DNA from: an uncultured Acidobacteriota bacterium
GTDB lineage: Bacteria > Acidobacteriota > Blastocatellia > RBC074
Length of the DNA: 64,000 nucleotides
Assembly: GCA_963796275.1 (NCBI GenBank)
Contig: CAWCKY010000006.1
Span: 1,504,001 to 1,568,000, forward strand
Reading direction: 5' to 3'
Below, in pieces: positions 21,100 through 36,987 of this stretch. A program made the position numbers and the translations under genes. Positions within the stretch are counted from its first letter, which is position 1. Every line of letters begins with the position of its first letter. The notes beneath the pieces are model-generated. The model was given only the letters and a program-made list of their open reading frames with translations, did not search any database and was not told the origin of the DNA.

Positions 21100-22854
21100 A
21101 TGAATCAGATAAAACGAATCATTCACTCGACACTGGCCGGGACGCTGGTTGTATACGCATTCGCTCTCAGCATTCTGGTCACAGCACCGGTAATCGTTGA
21201 TTCCCAAGCGTCCGGAGTCGCCGAAGATCGGAACCGCTACGGCATAGCCAATAGTGATCTGGGCCTCAGGGGCCATGGGTTTGTCAGGAACAATGGGGTC
21301 TTCACCAAAATTGATGCGCCGGGCGCCAGCTACTTCACCGTGGCCTTCGGCATCGACGAGAATGGTAAGACGGTCGGCGGGTATGTCGATGGCGGAGGTA
21401 CGCTTCATGGCTTCCTGCTCGACCGGGGCAGGTTCTCCATGATCGATTATCCCGGCGCCAAGGCGACCTTCGCTGCGCGGATGAACGCTCAAGGGCAGAT
21501 CGTCGGCGCCTACAGCGATAAGCCGAACACGCCCGCTTTCACCTTACCCCATGGGTTTCTGCTACACAACGGCGTCTTCAAAAGTATCGATTTCCCCGGC
21601 GCCTCGCGGACCCAACCCTTCGGCATCAACAATCTCGGCCAGATAGTCGGCGAGTACGTCGATCAGAATGGGAGGTCACACGGGTTCCTATGGGATAACA
21701 ATGTCTTCACGACGATCGACGCACCAGGCGGCATGTCGACCATCGCCTTCGACATCAACGACAGCGGTCAGATTGTGGGCATCCCCTTCACTCGCTTAGT
21801 CATCGCTGGCTCAGGCCCCGCCTTCCTGCGAGACGCTAATGGAGTCTTCACTAAGATCAATCTCCCTGGCAGCTCGCGGGTCTTCCCCTACGGCATCAAC
21901 AATAAAGGCCAGATTGTCGGCGACTACATAGATGCCGTGGGTAATGCCCACGGGTTCTTGCTGGACAAGGGCGTCGTAACGAAAATCGCCGTCCCAGACG
22001 CGACAGGGATCAGCTTGGTCCACGACATCAACGAGGGAGGTCAGCTTGCCGGCGCCTATGACATCCTCTCTCACGGCTATCTCAAAGACACAAGCGGGAG
22101 CTTCACCACCATCGATCACCCGGACACCAACAGATTAACCGGAGAGCCTATTGGCATCAATAACCTCGGTCAGATAGTGGGCGGCTATGTCGATGCCGCA
22201 GGAACATTTCATGGGTTTCTGCGGGACGAACGCGGCTTCACCAAAATTGATTTTCCCGACGCCCTGGAATCCTTCTCGTCCAAGATCAACGAAAACGGGC
22301 AGGCCGTGGGTCGCTACATCGATCGCGAACGGAAAGTCCACGGTTTTCTGTTTGATAATGGCGACTACACCTCCATCGATGTCCCCCGCGCTCGGCTGAC
22401 TGAAGCGTTGGATATTGACAACAACGGCCGAATCGTCGGCCAATACCAAGACGACGACGAGGGAAGGAGGTTCCATGGATTTCTGCGCGTCAGCAGTGAC
22501 ACTTTCATCACCATCGACGCCCGCGTCCCCAACGTCATCGACACAGCAATCTATGGCGTCAATGACCATGGCCAGATGACAGGCCTCTACTCCGATTACA
22601 GCGGGATTCATGCCTTCCTGCAGAACCAGGATATCGTCACGAAAATCGATTTCCCAGGCGCCGAGGCAACCCAACCAACCAGTATCAACAACAGCGGTCA
22701 GATCGTGGGCTATTACATTGACGACGGGCGAGCCCATGGGTTCATGTGGGTCAATGGAAAGTTCACCACGCTCACCAACCACCCGGGCGCGCTCCTTGAC
22801 TCGGCTGCCTACGACATTGATGACCTGGGCCGGATTGTCGGCTTCTATTATTGA
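21100..22854 (+). CDS. Secreted HAF-type repeat (beta-propeller-like) protein
   Basis: RBS AAAGGAG; signal peptide; 12 repeats of about 42-45 aa with pattern IN..GQIVG.Y...HGFL...FT.ID.PG. Confidence 0.85.
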   Translation: MNQIKRIIHSTLAGTLVVYAFALSILVTAPVIVDSQASGVAEDRNRYGIANSDLGLRGHGFVRNNGVFTKIDAPGASYFTVAFGIDENGKTVGGYVDGGGTLHGFLLDRGRFSMIDYPGAKATFAARMNAQGQIVGAYSDKPNTPAFTLPHGFLLHNGVFKSIDFPGASRTQPFGINNLGQIVGEYVDQNGRSHGFLWDNNVFTTIDAPGGMSTIAFDINDSGQIVGIPFTRLVIAGSGPAFLRDANGVFTKINLPGSSRVFPYGINNKGQIVGDYIDAVGNAHGFLLDKGVVTKIAVPDATGISLVHDINEGGQLAGAYDILSHGYLKDTSGSFTTIDHPDTNRLTGEPIGINNLGQIVGGYVDAAGTFHGFLRDERGFTKIDFPDALESFSSKINENGQAVGRYIDRERKVHGFLFDNGDYTSIDVPRARLTEALDIDNNGRIVGQYQDDDEGRRFHGFLRVSSDTFITIDARVPNVIDTAIYGVNDHGQMTGLYSDYSGIHAFLQNQDIVTKIDFPGAEATQPTSINNSGQIVGYYIDDGRAHGFMWVNGKFTTLTNHPGALLDSAAYDIDDLGRIVGFYY

Positions 22855-22911
22855 GCCCGGCGATTTCTAGCTAATGGTCTGCGATGAACTCACTGCTCAC
22901 AGCTGTTTTTC

Positions 22912-22940
22912 AGGGCCAGCATCGCAAGAGCTGGCCCTTT
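22912..22940 (+). terminator. Rho-independent terminator-like stem-loop (group IIC intron target)
   Basis: AGGGCCAGC/GCTGGCCCT 9-bp stem with inner GCAA loop, followed by TT. Confidence 0.75.
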
Positions 22941-22944
22941 GGTT

Positions 22945-23220
22945 GTGCGCCCGGCCGGGTGCACTCACTTGAAGGTGAAAGTCCTTTACCAACCCGACAG
23001 GGGGAATCGTTAGCCGAACAGCAAGGGAGGGTGTCCATCGCGAGATGGAATCTGAAGGAAGCTGTAAGCAAAGCGCAGGCCTGACGAACAGGAACTGCAG
23101 GGGCATCACATATGAACGAGCATTCCCCAGGTCATTCTTCGATCGGCTAGGTCTGGTGTCACGGGTAGATCAATTACGAAAGGTTCAATTTTCAGTGTGA
23201 ACCGCCGGATGCGGAACCGC
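22945..23220 (+). mobile_element. Class C (IIC) group II intron remnant, internally deleted and 3'-truncated
   Basis: 5' end GTGCGCCCGGC; IIC domain I signatures GGTGAAAGTCC, GTTAGCC, GGGTGTCC..GGAATCTGAAGGAAGC. Tail of the intron-encoded protein reads [21 protein letters not shown]..stop. First half of domain V is GAACCGCCGGATGCGGAACCGC. Confidence 0.88.
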
Positions 23221-23221
23221 C

Positions 23222-24619
<1,398 letters not shown>

Positions 24620-24635
24620 GTTTTCCTCAAGAAGT

Positions 24636-24704
24636 TTCACCGCAAAAGTCACAAAATACAGATGATGCAAAAGGGGTCTCGTGTTCTGCGTTTTTGTGGT
24701 GGAA
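24636..24704. repeat. Inverted repeat element, CACAAAA type
   Basis: TTCACCGCAAAAGTCACAAAATAC ... GTGTTCTGCGTTTTTGTGGTGGAA. Confidence 0.6.
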
Positions 24705-24715
24705 CGCTCCTTTTT

Positions 24716-25990
24716 TTAGCGCGACTTGTAAATCGTCCCGCCTTTCATCACAAATTGAACCTTGCGAATACAAGAGATGTCACGTGTCGGATCGCCATCG
24801 ACTGCAATCAAATCGGCCAGCAATCCTTCTTTAACACGGCCGATCTGTTTTTCCATATGAAGAACGCGGGCATTGATCGATGTCGCTGATCGAAGCGCGC
24901 CCGCCGGCGACATTCCCAGTCGCACCATCGCTTCCAATTCGCGCGCGTTGTCGCCGTGCGCGAAGACCCCGGCATCGCTGCCCGAGGCGATTATTACGCC
25001 GGAGTCGAGCGCCGCCTTGAAACTGCCTTTCTTCTTTTCCTGATTGCCCACCGACAGGGTAGGGCAGAACGCCACGCCTTTCTCTTTCATCAGTTGAAAG
25101 ACTTCAGGAGTTCCCTCGTCGCCGTGTTCGATTGTATCGACGCCCGCGATACTGGCGCGGCGCATGCCTTCCGCCGTCGCGGCATGCGCCGAGACGGGAA
25201 CTCCCGCGCTGCCGGCTGTCGCAACGATGAGCCGCAATTCTTCGATAGTGAAGGTGGGAGATGCGCTGCCTCTGCCCCTGCCGGCGCCCCCGCCCCAGCG
25301 ATAATCCGCATAGACCTTGATCCAATCGGCTCCCTTGCCGATCTGGGTTCGGACGGCGCGAATCAAACTATCGACGCCATCGGCCTCTTCCGCCCCCTGC
25401 GGCACATCCCATTCGGCCGCGAATCCTTTCGGGCCGTAGGTGCCGCTTGCTACGATCGCGCGCGTGGCGATGAACATTCGCGGCCCAGGAATGACAGCCT
25501 GTTCCACAGCCTGCTTAAGCCCAACATCGGCAAAGTCCGCTCCCTCGGTCCCCAGATCGCGAATGGTCGTGAAGCCTGCCAACAATGTATTGCGGAGATG
25601 GTTGGTTGCGCGCGCCACCCGATAGCTCTGCGACTCGCGCGCGACTTGATCGTTCCACGGCGTTTCGCTGTAGGGGTGAAGCAACACGTGTGAATGAGCC
25701 TCAATCAGGCCAGGCAGTAATGTTGTTCCGGAAAGCTCAATTATTTTTGCATCAGCTGGGGCCTTGATTTCACCGATTTTACCGGTTGCCTCGATCTTCT
25801 CGCCTCGGACCAGCACAGCCATTCCCTCGATGATTTGCTGCGATTCGCTATCGAAAATTCGCGAAGGTTTGATGAGGAAAACGCCGGCTGGCTGATCTTG
25901 TATCGAGGCATTTGGTGATTTCGCCAGTGAGAAGGCAAAGACAAGTGCGAATAAGAAGGACACGAGTATTATCCATCTATCATTTACCAT
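24716..25990 (-). CDS. Secreted metal-dependent amidohydrolase (Xaa-Pro dipeptidase-like)
   Basis: PGLIEAHSH, WIK, SAHA, IEHG, GSDAG metal ligands; signal peptide. Start uncertain. Confidence 0.88.
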   Translation of the reverse strand: MVNDRWIILVSFLFALVFAFSLAKSPNASIQDQPAGVFLIKPSRIFDSESQQIIEGMAVLVRGEKIEATGKIGEIKAPADAKIIELSGTTLLPGLIEAHSHVLLHPYSETPWNDQVARESQSYRVARATNHLRNTLLAGFTTIRDLGTEGADFADVGLKQAVEQAVIPGPRMFIATRAIVASGTYGPKGFAAEWDVPQGAEEADGVDSLIRAVRTQIGKGADWIKVYADYRWGGGAGRGRGSASPTFTIEELRLIVATAGSAGVPVSAHAATAEGMRRASIAGVDTIEHGDEGTPEVFQLMKEKGVAFCPTLSVGNQEKKKGSFKAALDSGVIIASGSDAGVFAHGDNARELEAMVRLGMSPAGALRSATSINARVLHMEKQIGRVKEGLLADLIAVDGDPTRDISCIRKVQFVMKGGTIYKSR

Positions 25991-26155
25991 TTTACATTTT
26001 ACATTTGTCATTGGATTCACCGCGTTTCTTCGATGGATAAATAATAAATGTTCTGTTCATCTGTCACTTACCAATTAACATTTTACATTTGTCATTGGAT
26101 TCACCGCGTTTCTTCGATGACAAATCACAAATCACAAATGATAAATGTAAAATGA
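25973..26155. repeat. Heptamer hairpin element (CATTTTA/CATTTGT vs ACAAATC/TAAAATG) with a 42-nt direct duplication
   Basis: ACATTTTACATTTGTCATTGGATTCACCGCGTTTCTTCGATG is identical at 25994-26035 and 26078-26119. Confidence 0.85.
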
Positions 26156-26183
26156 TCTTTGTTTTTGTGGATCTACTTTCAAG

Positions 26184-29471
<3,288 letters not shown>

Positions 29472-29746
29472 TGACACCTACCGGTAAGGGGACGCAATAT
29501 TTGAAATAATATTTCTTGATTTCTAGAGCGTTTGTAAGTTTATCGTCAGCTGAGTTTTTATTACAAGGTTTGAACGGCAAATATTGACGCCGTTTCGAAC
29601 AGGTAATATGGTTCTCCTTTCAACTGAGTCGGGGACACATTTAAGGGAAACAAAAAAACGAAAAGCCAAGAAGCGCAAAAAGTACAATAAAGTATCTTTT
29701 GCTCTTTATTGCCTATGCTGTTGTTCCAATTTGAAGGTTGAATCTA

Positions 29747-32341
29747 ATGCGAGAAAAATTTTTCACGAAGAATGTTAGAAGATCTCTGGCCATCTTAGGT
29801 TTCGCCCTTTTTCTGGCGGTTAATATGCAGTTTTCGGCTGCCAGTTTTCGTATTCCGGGTGTCGGTGCAATCTGGAAAACAGAAACCGTAAGCGTTACGC
29901 GGCAGGGGCCTGATGATTTCAAATCGGCGGTCGCGCCGATATTCGAGCGTAGCTGCACAATGTGTCACGGTGCGAGTCTCCAGCGCTCGGGCCTGGATCT
30001 GCGAAGCGAAGCGGCGATCCTGAAAGGTGGGGCGCGCGGGCCGGCGATCGTCCCCGGCAATGCCGAAAAGAGTCTTCTCTACAAATTGATATCACACAAG
30101 GAAGAGCCGGCAATGCCGATGGGGATGGACAAGCTGGCTGACGAAGAGCTTGCGGTGATCGCCAAATGGATTAACGGCCTTTCGCCCAGCCTGGCTTCCG
30201 CCGCCGCCGACGCTATTCCCGTGCGGGAACCCGGATACTCAATCACCGATAAAGACCGGAAGTTCTGGTCGTTCGTCAAGCCCTCGCCTCCGAAACTGCC
30301 AGCGGTGAAGAACCGCGCCTGGGTCCGCAATGATATCGATGCGTTCGTGCTGAGCCGGTTGGAGCAAAAAGGGATCAAGCCATCGCCTGCGGCGGAACCG
30401 CGCGCGCTGTTGCGCCGCGTATATTTCGATTTGATCGGGCTGCCGCCGTCGCCGGAAGAGGTTGCGGAGTTTTTGAAAGACCCCTCCGAAGCGGCCTATC
30501 TGCGTGTGATCGATAAATTATTGAGCAGCCAGCATTATGGCGAACGGTGGGGGCGCCACTGGCTCGACCTGGCGCGATATGCCGACAGCGGCGGATACGA
30601 ATTCGATGTAGATCGGCCGCACGCCTGGCGCTATCGCGATTATGTCATCAGGTCATTCAACGAAGACAAGCCCTACGATCAATTCATTCGCGAACAGCTC
30701 GCGAATGATCAGTTGAAGCCGGGCGACGCGGAATCCTTGATCGCGACCGGCTTCTGCCGCAACGGTCCGACCGTCGACAACGCCAACAACGAAGAGACGC
30801 GGATGGACGAGCTCGATGACATGGTGACGACAACCTCATCGGTCTTCATGGGGCTGACCGTCGGATGCGCGCGTTGCCACGATCACAAGTATGATCCGAT
30901 CCCGCAGCGCGATTACTATCGAATGCAGGCGGTTTTCTTTCCCTTCCAAAAAGCGGAAAAGGTGCTGGCAACGCAGACTGAGATTGATTCCTACAAGGCT
31001 AGACAGAAGGAGATCGACGCACTGGTCAGGCCGGTGAGAACCAAGATTTCGGCTATCGAGAAGCCGATCCGCGAAAAGTTACTGGCTGAAAAGGTCGAAT
31101 TTCACGTCCGGCTGGCGGAGATGAGCAACGGCTTCGGGGACAAAACCCGCGAGCTGTACCGGGAAGAGACCGCGAAACGATTTGCCAAGGACGTCAAGCT
31201 TCAGCCCGAAGAGATCGAAGCAGCGCTTCAGCCCGGTGATGCGAAGGCGCGCAGAGAGCTCATGAAAGAGGAAGAGAAAATCAACCAGACGCGCCCGAAA
31301 CCATTGCCATCGGCAATGGGCGTCACCGATGATGAAAAACCGGGCGTCGCACATCTGCTCAAGCGGGGCGATTGGCGGAACAAAGGTGATGCCGTTCAAC
31401 CTGGCTTTCCTGAAGTGCTGGCGGGCGGCACGAACATCGATACTCTAAATCGACGCAAACAACTCTCGGATTGGATCGCGAGCCCTGATAATCCACTGAC
31501 GGCGCGCGTCGCGGTCAATCGGATCTGGCAATACCATTTCGGTGCCGGGTTGGTGAAAACCCCGAGCGATTTCGGCGCCACCGGCGATCCGCCGAGCCAT
31601 CCGGAATTGCTCGACTGGCTCGCGCTCGAGTTCGTCAAGCGCGGCTGGAGCTGGAAGGCCATCCACCGTTTGATCCTGACGACGAACACTTATCGACAGT
31701 CGAGCCAGTTCGACCAACGGGGGGCCACCAAAGATCCGGAGAATCGTTGCTTGTGGCGCATGAATCCGCGGAGGCTGGAGGCCGAGGTCCTGCGCGACAG
31801 CGTGCTGGTGGCGAGCGGCAAAATGAATCGAACCATGTTCGGCCCGGGAATCTATCCGCGCATCGATCCCGACGTCATCAATACAGGATCGCGCCCGCGT
31901 TGGCCGCTGGATGCCAAAGAGGGGCCGGATGTTTGGAAGCGCAGCGTTTATATCTATGTCAAACGGTCCGTACTCCTGCCGTTGATCGAGGTCTTCGATT
32001 GTCCGGTGACGACCGTATCTGCACCGTCCCGCGCTGTTTCAACGGTCTCTCCGCAGGCATTGGCTCTGATGAACAATGAGTTTGTGCTGGAACAGGGAGG
32101 GTATTTTGCCGAGCGCATCGAACGCGAGGCGGGCGGCAATAAGCGCGCGCAGATCAGCCGGGCTTTCCTGATCGCACTGGGCAGAGATCCGAGCGCAAAA
32201 GAGATCGAGTGGTCGCTTGCATTTCTCAAATCGCAGACGGCCGGATATGAGCAGCGTAAGAATGAAAAGCCGGAAACGGCGGCGCTCCGCGATTTCTGCC
32301 ACTCGATCATCAACCTGAATGAGTTTTTGTACTTAGATTGA
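29747..32341 (+). CDS. PSD1 / planctomycete cytochrome c protein (DUF1549 + DUF1553), second paralog
   Basis: [50 protein letters not shown]. Confidence 0.9.
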   Translation: MREKFFTKNVRRSLAILGFALFLAVNMQFSAASFRIPGVGAIWKTETVSVTRQGPDDFKSAVAPIFERSCTMCHGASLQRSGLDLRSEAAILKGGARGPAIVPGNAEKSLLYKLISHKEEPAMPMGMDKLADEELAVIAKWINGLSPSLASAAADAIPVREPGYSITDKDRKFWSFVKPSPPKLPAVKNRAWVRNDIDAFVLSRLEQKGIKPSPAAEPRALLRRVYFDLIGLPPSPEEVAEFLKDPSEAAYLRVIDKLLSSQHYGERWGRHWLDLARYADSGGYEFDVDRPHAWRYRDYVIRSFNEDKPYDQFIREQLANDQLKPGDAESLIATGFCRNGPTVDNANNEETRMDELDDMVTTTSSVFMGLTVGCARCHDHKYDPIPQRDYYRMQAVFFPFQKAEKVLATQTEIDSYKARQKEIDALVRPVRTKISAIEKPIREKLLAEKVEFHVRLAEMSNGFGDKTRELYREETAKRFAKDVKLQPEEIEAALQPGDAKARRELMKEEEKINQTRPKPLPSAMGVTDDEKPGVAHLLKRGDWRNKGDAVQPGFPEVLAGGTNIDTLNRRKQLSDWIASPDNPLTARVAVNRIWQYHFGAGLVKTPSDFGATGDPPSHPELLDWLALEFVKRGWSWKAIHRLILTTNTYRQSSQFDQRGATKDPENRCLWRMNPRRLEAEVLRDSVLVASGKMNRTMFGPGIYPRIDPDVINTGSRPRWPLDAKEGPDVWKRSVYIYVKRSVLLPLIEVFDCPVTTVSAPSRAVSTVSPQALALMNNEFVLEQGGYFAERIEREAGGNKRAQISRAFLIALGRDPSAKEIEWSLAFLKSQTAGYEQRKNEKPETAALRDFCHSIINLNEFLYLD

Positions 32342-32453
32342 ACTAAATTTATGGTGGGAACAAAAAGCGATAAGAGGCAAAGGACAAAATTTTGCTCCGC
32401 TTATCCTGCTTCGCTTTTTCCCCATTTCTATTTTTTTCTTCAAGGATGGCTGA

Positions 32454-33614
32454 ATGGCAGATACAGCAGATGTCGTAATAATAGGGGGCGGTGTGGTTGG
32501 ATCCAGCGTCGCCTATCACCTCGCCGAGCAAGGGTGCACTAATGTACTGATCGTCGAGCGCGCTGATAAACAGGGGCTTGGGTCAACCAGTAAGAGCATG
32601 GGCGGCGTGCGCGCCCAATTCGCGACTCCGGTAAATATCCGGATGTCCCTCTATTCGATTGATGTCTTCTCCCGTTTTGAGGAATTGACGGGCCAGACGG
32701 CCGACTACCGCGCCCATGGCTATCTCTTCGCCGCCACTGAGGAATCGCATCTGAAATATCTGAGAGAGAACCAGGAGAAGCAGAGAGCCCTCGGTTTGAC
32801 GAATACCGAGATGGTCCACCGCGAAGACATCGTGAGGATGATCCCGCAGGTTCGGGCGGACGACATCATAGGCGGCTCCTATTGTCCGACCGATGGTTTC
32901 GTCGATCCCTATAGCGTGATGACCGGTTTTTCCAAAGGCGCTAGAGATCGTGGCGCCCGTGTGTGGCTCGACGCGCAGGTGACTGGCATCGAAGTCGAAA
33001 ATGGAGAAATCGTCGGTGTGCGAACGTCCAGGGGAGATATTGCGACGCACACTGTAGTCAACGCCGCCGGACCATGGGCCGCGATCGTAGCTGAAATGGC
33101 GGGCCAACAGCTTCCGGTCGAGCCGTTGCGCCGCCAGATTGTCAAAACGCAGCGTTGTGATTTTCTACCAGTCAAATTTCCAATGCTGATCGATATGTCG
33201 AACGGCTTCCATTTCCGGCGCGAAGGCGAGGCAATCCTCATGGCCTGGCCCGACGACGAAGAGACTTATGGGTTCAAAACCGCTTTCACGCCCGAGTTTA
33301 TCGAAAAGACGCTCATGTGCGCCGTCAATCGCGTTCCTCAGTTCGCAGACCTGGCGGTCAATCCAAAGCAGTGTTGGGCGGGAATGTATGAAGTCACGCC
33401 GGACCATCACGCGATCATCGGCCCATCGCCCGTTGTCAGAGGATTGTATTTCGCAAACGGATTCAGCGGTCACGGCGTCATGCACTCACCGGCTACCGGC
33501 AGAATAGTTTCTGATCAAATACTGCACGGCCGGTGTGAAGTCATCGATGCCAGACCTCTCCGGTACGAGAGATTTGCTGAAGGTGAGTTGCTGGAAGAAA
33601 CGGCTGTGCTTTAA
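32454..33614 (+). CDS. FAD-dependent oxidoreductase (DAO / sarcosine oxidase beta-like)
   Basis: [31 protein letters not shown]. Confidence 0.9.
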   Translation: MADTADVVIIGGGVVGSSVAYHLAEQGCTNVLIVERADKQGLGSTSKSMGGVRAQFATPVNIRMSLYSIDVFSRFEELTGQTADYRAHGYLFAATEESHLKYLRENQEKQRALGLTNTEMVHREDIVRMIPQVRADDIIGGSYCPTDGFVDPYSVMTGFSKGARDRGARVWLDAQVTGIEVENGEIVGVRTSRGDIATHTVVNAAGPWAAIVAEMAGQQLPVEPLRRQIVKTQRCDFLPVKFPMLIDMSNGFHFRREGEAILMAWPDDEETYGFKTAFTPEFIEKTLMCAVNRVPQFADLAVNPKQCWAGMYEVTPDHHAIIGPSPVVRGLYFANGFSGHGVMHSPATGRIVSDQILHGRCEVIDARPLRYERFAEGELLEETAVL

Positions 33615-33693
33615 AAATAGAGATACCGGGAAGGTCGATTTCGAAGGTTGAGTCGGAATGCTCTTGATGTCTCTCTCCATAAGTCTCTCTCAA

Positions 33694-34527
33694 TCAACTT
33701 CCGCCTCCACCGCATCCGCCTCCACCGCATCCGCTGCTTCCGCATCCGCTGGAACCGCCATCGCAATCGCCAGATTCGCATCCGCTGAGGCTGTCGACGT
33801 GAGTATATCCGCCATATGACGTATCGCCTCTTTTCCTTCGCCGGCTGGCGCCAGACTGCCGGTTAGAAATTGCTTTGATGACGGCAATCAAAATAATTGC
33901 GATGACGAAAATCAAGATGAGAGGGAAATCAAAGTTTGGGCGGCCGGATGCGGTGCAAGCAGCAACGGCCAGTCCGGAAAATAGCAGCGCACCGACCGAG
34001 GCGGAGGCTTTATTGAGATCGAGTCCCGGTTTTTTAATGAGCCAGTAGTCGTTGCTATTCAAGCGGACGAAGCAATTCTTGCGATTAAACCGCTCTTCTG
34101 GAGAAGGCCAAATGTCCGATGGAGGCTGATGGCCGAACGTTTGTCTGTAGGATGCGAGAGTTCTTGAGTACCAGTCGTAATACTTTTCATCTTCATAGCG
34201 ACCGCCCCTGGTCGGTCCGTGATGCAGATGTTTCTTCAATACCCCCTCACAGAGGTTTTTCCAGTAAGACCGAGTGTAGATAAGATGTAGATGCCAGACC
34301 TGGTCGACTTGATCGGATGGCGTTACCTGATGACCTGCTGTGACGGCCAGGTAGATGAATTTTTTATATTCGTCGAAAACCCTCTCGGCGAAATTCAGCC
34401 CCCATCCGTTTTCGCGCGCCAGACGTTTGACGAATGTTAAGTCGGTGTTAGGTGAGTCGATTCCGAAATTTTTCAGAGATAGCCAGATCGGATTGTTCAA
34501 AGAGTATGTCGAAATCGCTTGAATCAT
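33694..34527 (-). CDS. Glycine-rich-domain (GRDP-like) membrane protein with Gly/Cys tail
   Basis: RLARENGW, EYKKF, PSDQVDQVWHLHLIYT..Y; two hydrophobic segments; C-terminal GCGSSGCGGGGCGGGGS; RBS AGGAG. Confidence 0.75.
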   Translation of the reverse strand: MIQAISTYSLNNPIWLSLKNFGIDSPNTDLTFVKRLARENGWGLNFAERVFDEYKKFIYLAVTAGHQVTPSDQVDQVWHLHLIYTRSYWKNLCEGVLKKHLHHGPTRGGRYEDEKYYDWYSRTLASYRQTFGHQPPSDIWPSPEERFNRKNCFVRLNSNDYWLIKKPGLDLNKASASVGALLFSGLAVAACTASGRPNFDFPLILIFVIAIILIAVIKAISNRQSGASRRRKRGDTSYGGYTHVDSLSGCESGDCDGGSSGCGSSGCGGGGCGGGGS

Positions 34528-34724
34528 GGTTTCTCCTGAGTTTTCAATGATTGAGTTTTTCAATGACCAGAAGGCGTTTGGTGATTAACGAATGGGCTGA
34601 AGTAAAGGTTTCAAATTCCAGATCACAGCAGGTTCAATGAATAGATGACTCGAAGCAGACTAAGCCTTGACAGCTTAGCTTGGCTGCTTGAGCGGTACTG
34701 ATTCGGTCAATCCGTGGATTTAGG

Positions 34725-35495
34725 TTAAATCGCGAATTCGGCGACAACTGGCGCGTGATCGGATGGTTTCTCCATTGCACGCTGGATTTTATCTATCCAT
34801 GCGCCCGTACATTTCCCGGCCAGGGCTTCAGTCGCCCACAGATGATCGATGCGCAGGCCGTTATTGCGCCTGAAAGCGCCAGCGCGATAATCCCACCAGG
34901 TGTAAAACCCCGGCCCATCGTTGTGCGCGCGAAATACATCGACCAATCCCCATTGGCCGATTTTCTGCAATGCCGCGCGCTCGGCATCGCTGCACATGAC
35001 CTCCCCCGCCCAGATGGCCAGATCGTGAATATCGCGATCTTCCGGCGCGACATTGAAATCTCCGCAGATCAGTAGCTGGTCTTTATTGTCACAGTAATTA
35101 TCGAAAAAACCGCGCAGCCTTTCCATCCACGCAAGCTTCATTACATATTTCTCCGAACCGACAGCCTGTCCATTCGGGATATAGACGTTGATTATTCTGA
35201 CAGAATTGACCGTCGCTGCGATCAATCGGCGTTGTGCATCGAGCGGTTCGTCGGGGTGACCCCGCCGAACGTCGCTCATTGGAAGCAGTGAGAGGATGGC
35301 GACACCGTTATATGTCGGCTGACCGAAAACCTCGACGTGATACCCCAATTCACGGAAAATCTGAGTGGGGAATTTCTCGTCGGTACATTTCGTTTCCTGC
35401 ATGCAGAGCACATCGGGGCGATTGCCTTCGATCCATTTGAGTACCTGCGGCGTGCGGACAGCGATTGAGTTGACATTCCAGGTAGCGATTTTCAT
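34725..35495 (-). CDS. xth: Exodeoxyribonuclease III
   Basis: [47 protein letters not shown]. Confidence 0.95.
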   Translation of the reverse strand: MKIATWNVNSIAVRTPQVLKWIEGNRPDVLCMQETKCTDEKFPTQIFRELGYHVEVFGQPTYNGVAILSLLPMSDVRRGHPDEPLDAQRRLIAATVNSVRIINVYIPNGQAVGSEKYVMKLAWMERLRGFFDNYCDNKDQLLICGDFNVAPEDRDIHDLAIWAGEVMCSDAERAALQKIGQWGLVDVFRAHNDGPGFYTWWDYRAGAFRRNNGLRIDHLWATEALAGKCTGAWIDKIQRAMEKPSDHAPVVAEFAI

Positions 35496-35591
35496 ATGAG
35501 TTAATGCGACAAGATTATCATTTACGTCGCGTACTTCTCAATCGTACCGGAATGTTTGATACTGTATCGATCAGGCAGTAGCATATTTTAT

Positions 35592-36897
35592 ATGGCAACA
35601 GCCTTCTACATCGTCATCGTATTCGCGCTGGTGCTTGCAAATGGCTTCTTTGTGGCTTCGGAGTTCGCCCTGGTAGGCGTGCGACGATCTCGGATTTTGA
35701 CCCTGGCCAGAGGGGGGAGCCGCCGCGCGATGCTGCTGCTCGGGCTCCTCGATAACCTCAATGCCTATATTTCCGCTACGCAGCTCGGAATCACTATGGC
35801 CTCACTCGCTCTTGGCTGGATAGGCGAACCCGTCTTCGCCCGCTTGCTCGAAGAGCCGCTCAAGGGTTACGTCTCGGAGACGGCGCTGCATACTATCTCG
35901 TTCGTTATTGCATTCTCTGTCATCACCTTCTTACATATCGTGCTGGGCGAACTTGCACCTAAAACAATGGCACTCGAAAGGGCAGAAAAAGTTGCCCTGG
36001 CCATCGCTTTACCGATGCAAATCTTTTACCAACTATTCTCCTGGCCGATCAGGTTGCTGGACTGGGCCGGAAACCGGACAGTCCGCCTTTTTGGGCTCCA
36101 TCCCACAGGTCAGCACGCTTCCGTTTATACTGAGGAGGAGTTGCGTCATCTGATCGAGGTCTCGCGACAGGGCGGGCAGGTTGAAGAGGTGGAGCAGAAA
36201 TTGATCAATCGCGTCTTTGACTTCGCCGAAGCCGAGGTTAAAGAGGCTATGGTTCCACGCTTGAACATGATTGCACTACCGGCTAACGCTACACTGGAGG
36301 AGACTAAACGGGTTTTTCGCTCACACGGATATACGAGGCTCCCGGTCTATCGTGATAATCTGGATGACGTGTTCGGAGTGGTTGTGAGGCGGGATCTCGA
36401 GCCGTACCTCGAAATGGCCTCTGTCGAAGATTTCAATTTGGCGAACCTGATCTATCCCCCGCTTTTCATACCGGCGACAGCCAAACTCGGAACTGCGCTC
36501 AAGCAGATGCAGTCCAGGCGCGCCCAACTTGCCTTTGTGATCGATGAGCACGGGGGCCTGGCTGGGATAGTGACTCTCGAAGACTCTGCTGGAAGAGATA
36601 GTCGGCGAGATAAACGACGAGTACGATGAAGAAGTAGCCGCGCAGATACTGAAGGTGGAGGGAGGCTATCTGCTCGATGGGATGCTCGCCGTTCGCGATG
36701 CAAACCGCCGGCTCGGACTCTCCCTGCCGGAGGACGAATCATATACGACTCTCGCGGGCTTCCTCATCGCTCAGGCCGGCCATCTGCTACGGCATGGCGA
36801 GATAATTGAGTATAATGGCGGCGCTTTTACCGTCGATCTCGTTGAAAGGCGTCAGATTCGCAGGGTCCGCTTCTCATTCTCGAACCGATTGCATTGA
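35592..36897 (+). CDS. Hemolysin-family CNNM/CBS/CorC protein; +1 frameshift at about 36585
   Basis: NGFFVASEFALV, QLGIT, GELAPK, CBS pair, VIDEHGG..GIVTLED. LLEEIVGEINDEYD follows in the next frame. Confidence 0.9.
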
Positions 36898-36987
36898 CCC
36901 TCAGTTGACGATGTATAATTAACCCTCCAATGTCCCTCTTTATTTTTGAATAATCCGGTATTAAGTTTAGGCCGGTAAGGAGATGAA

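Noticed and set aside
21100-23220. Diversity-generating retroelement (repeat protein plus RT trace)
   Set aside because: The RT trace belongs to a group IIC intron. I saw no template/variable repeat pair with adenine-specific differences.
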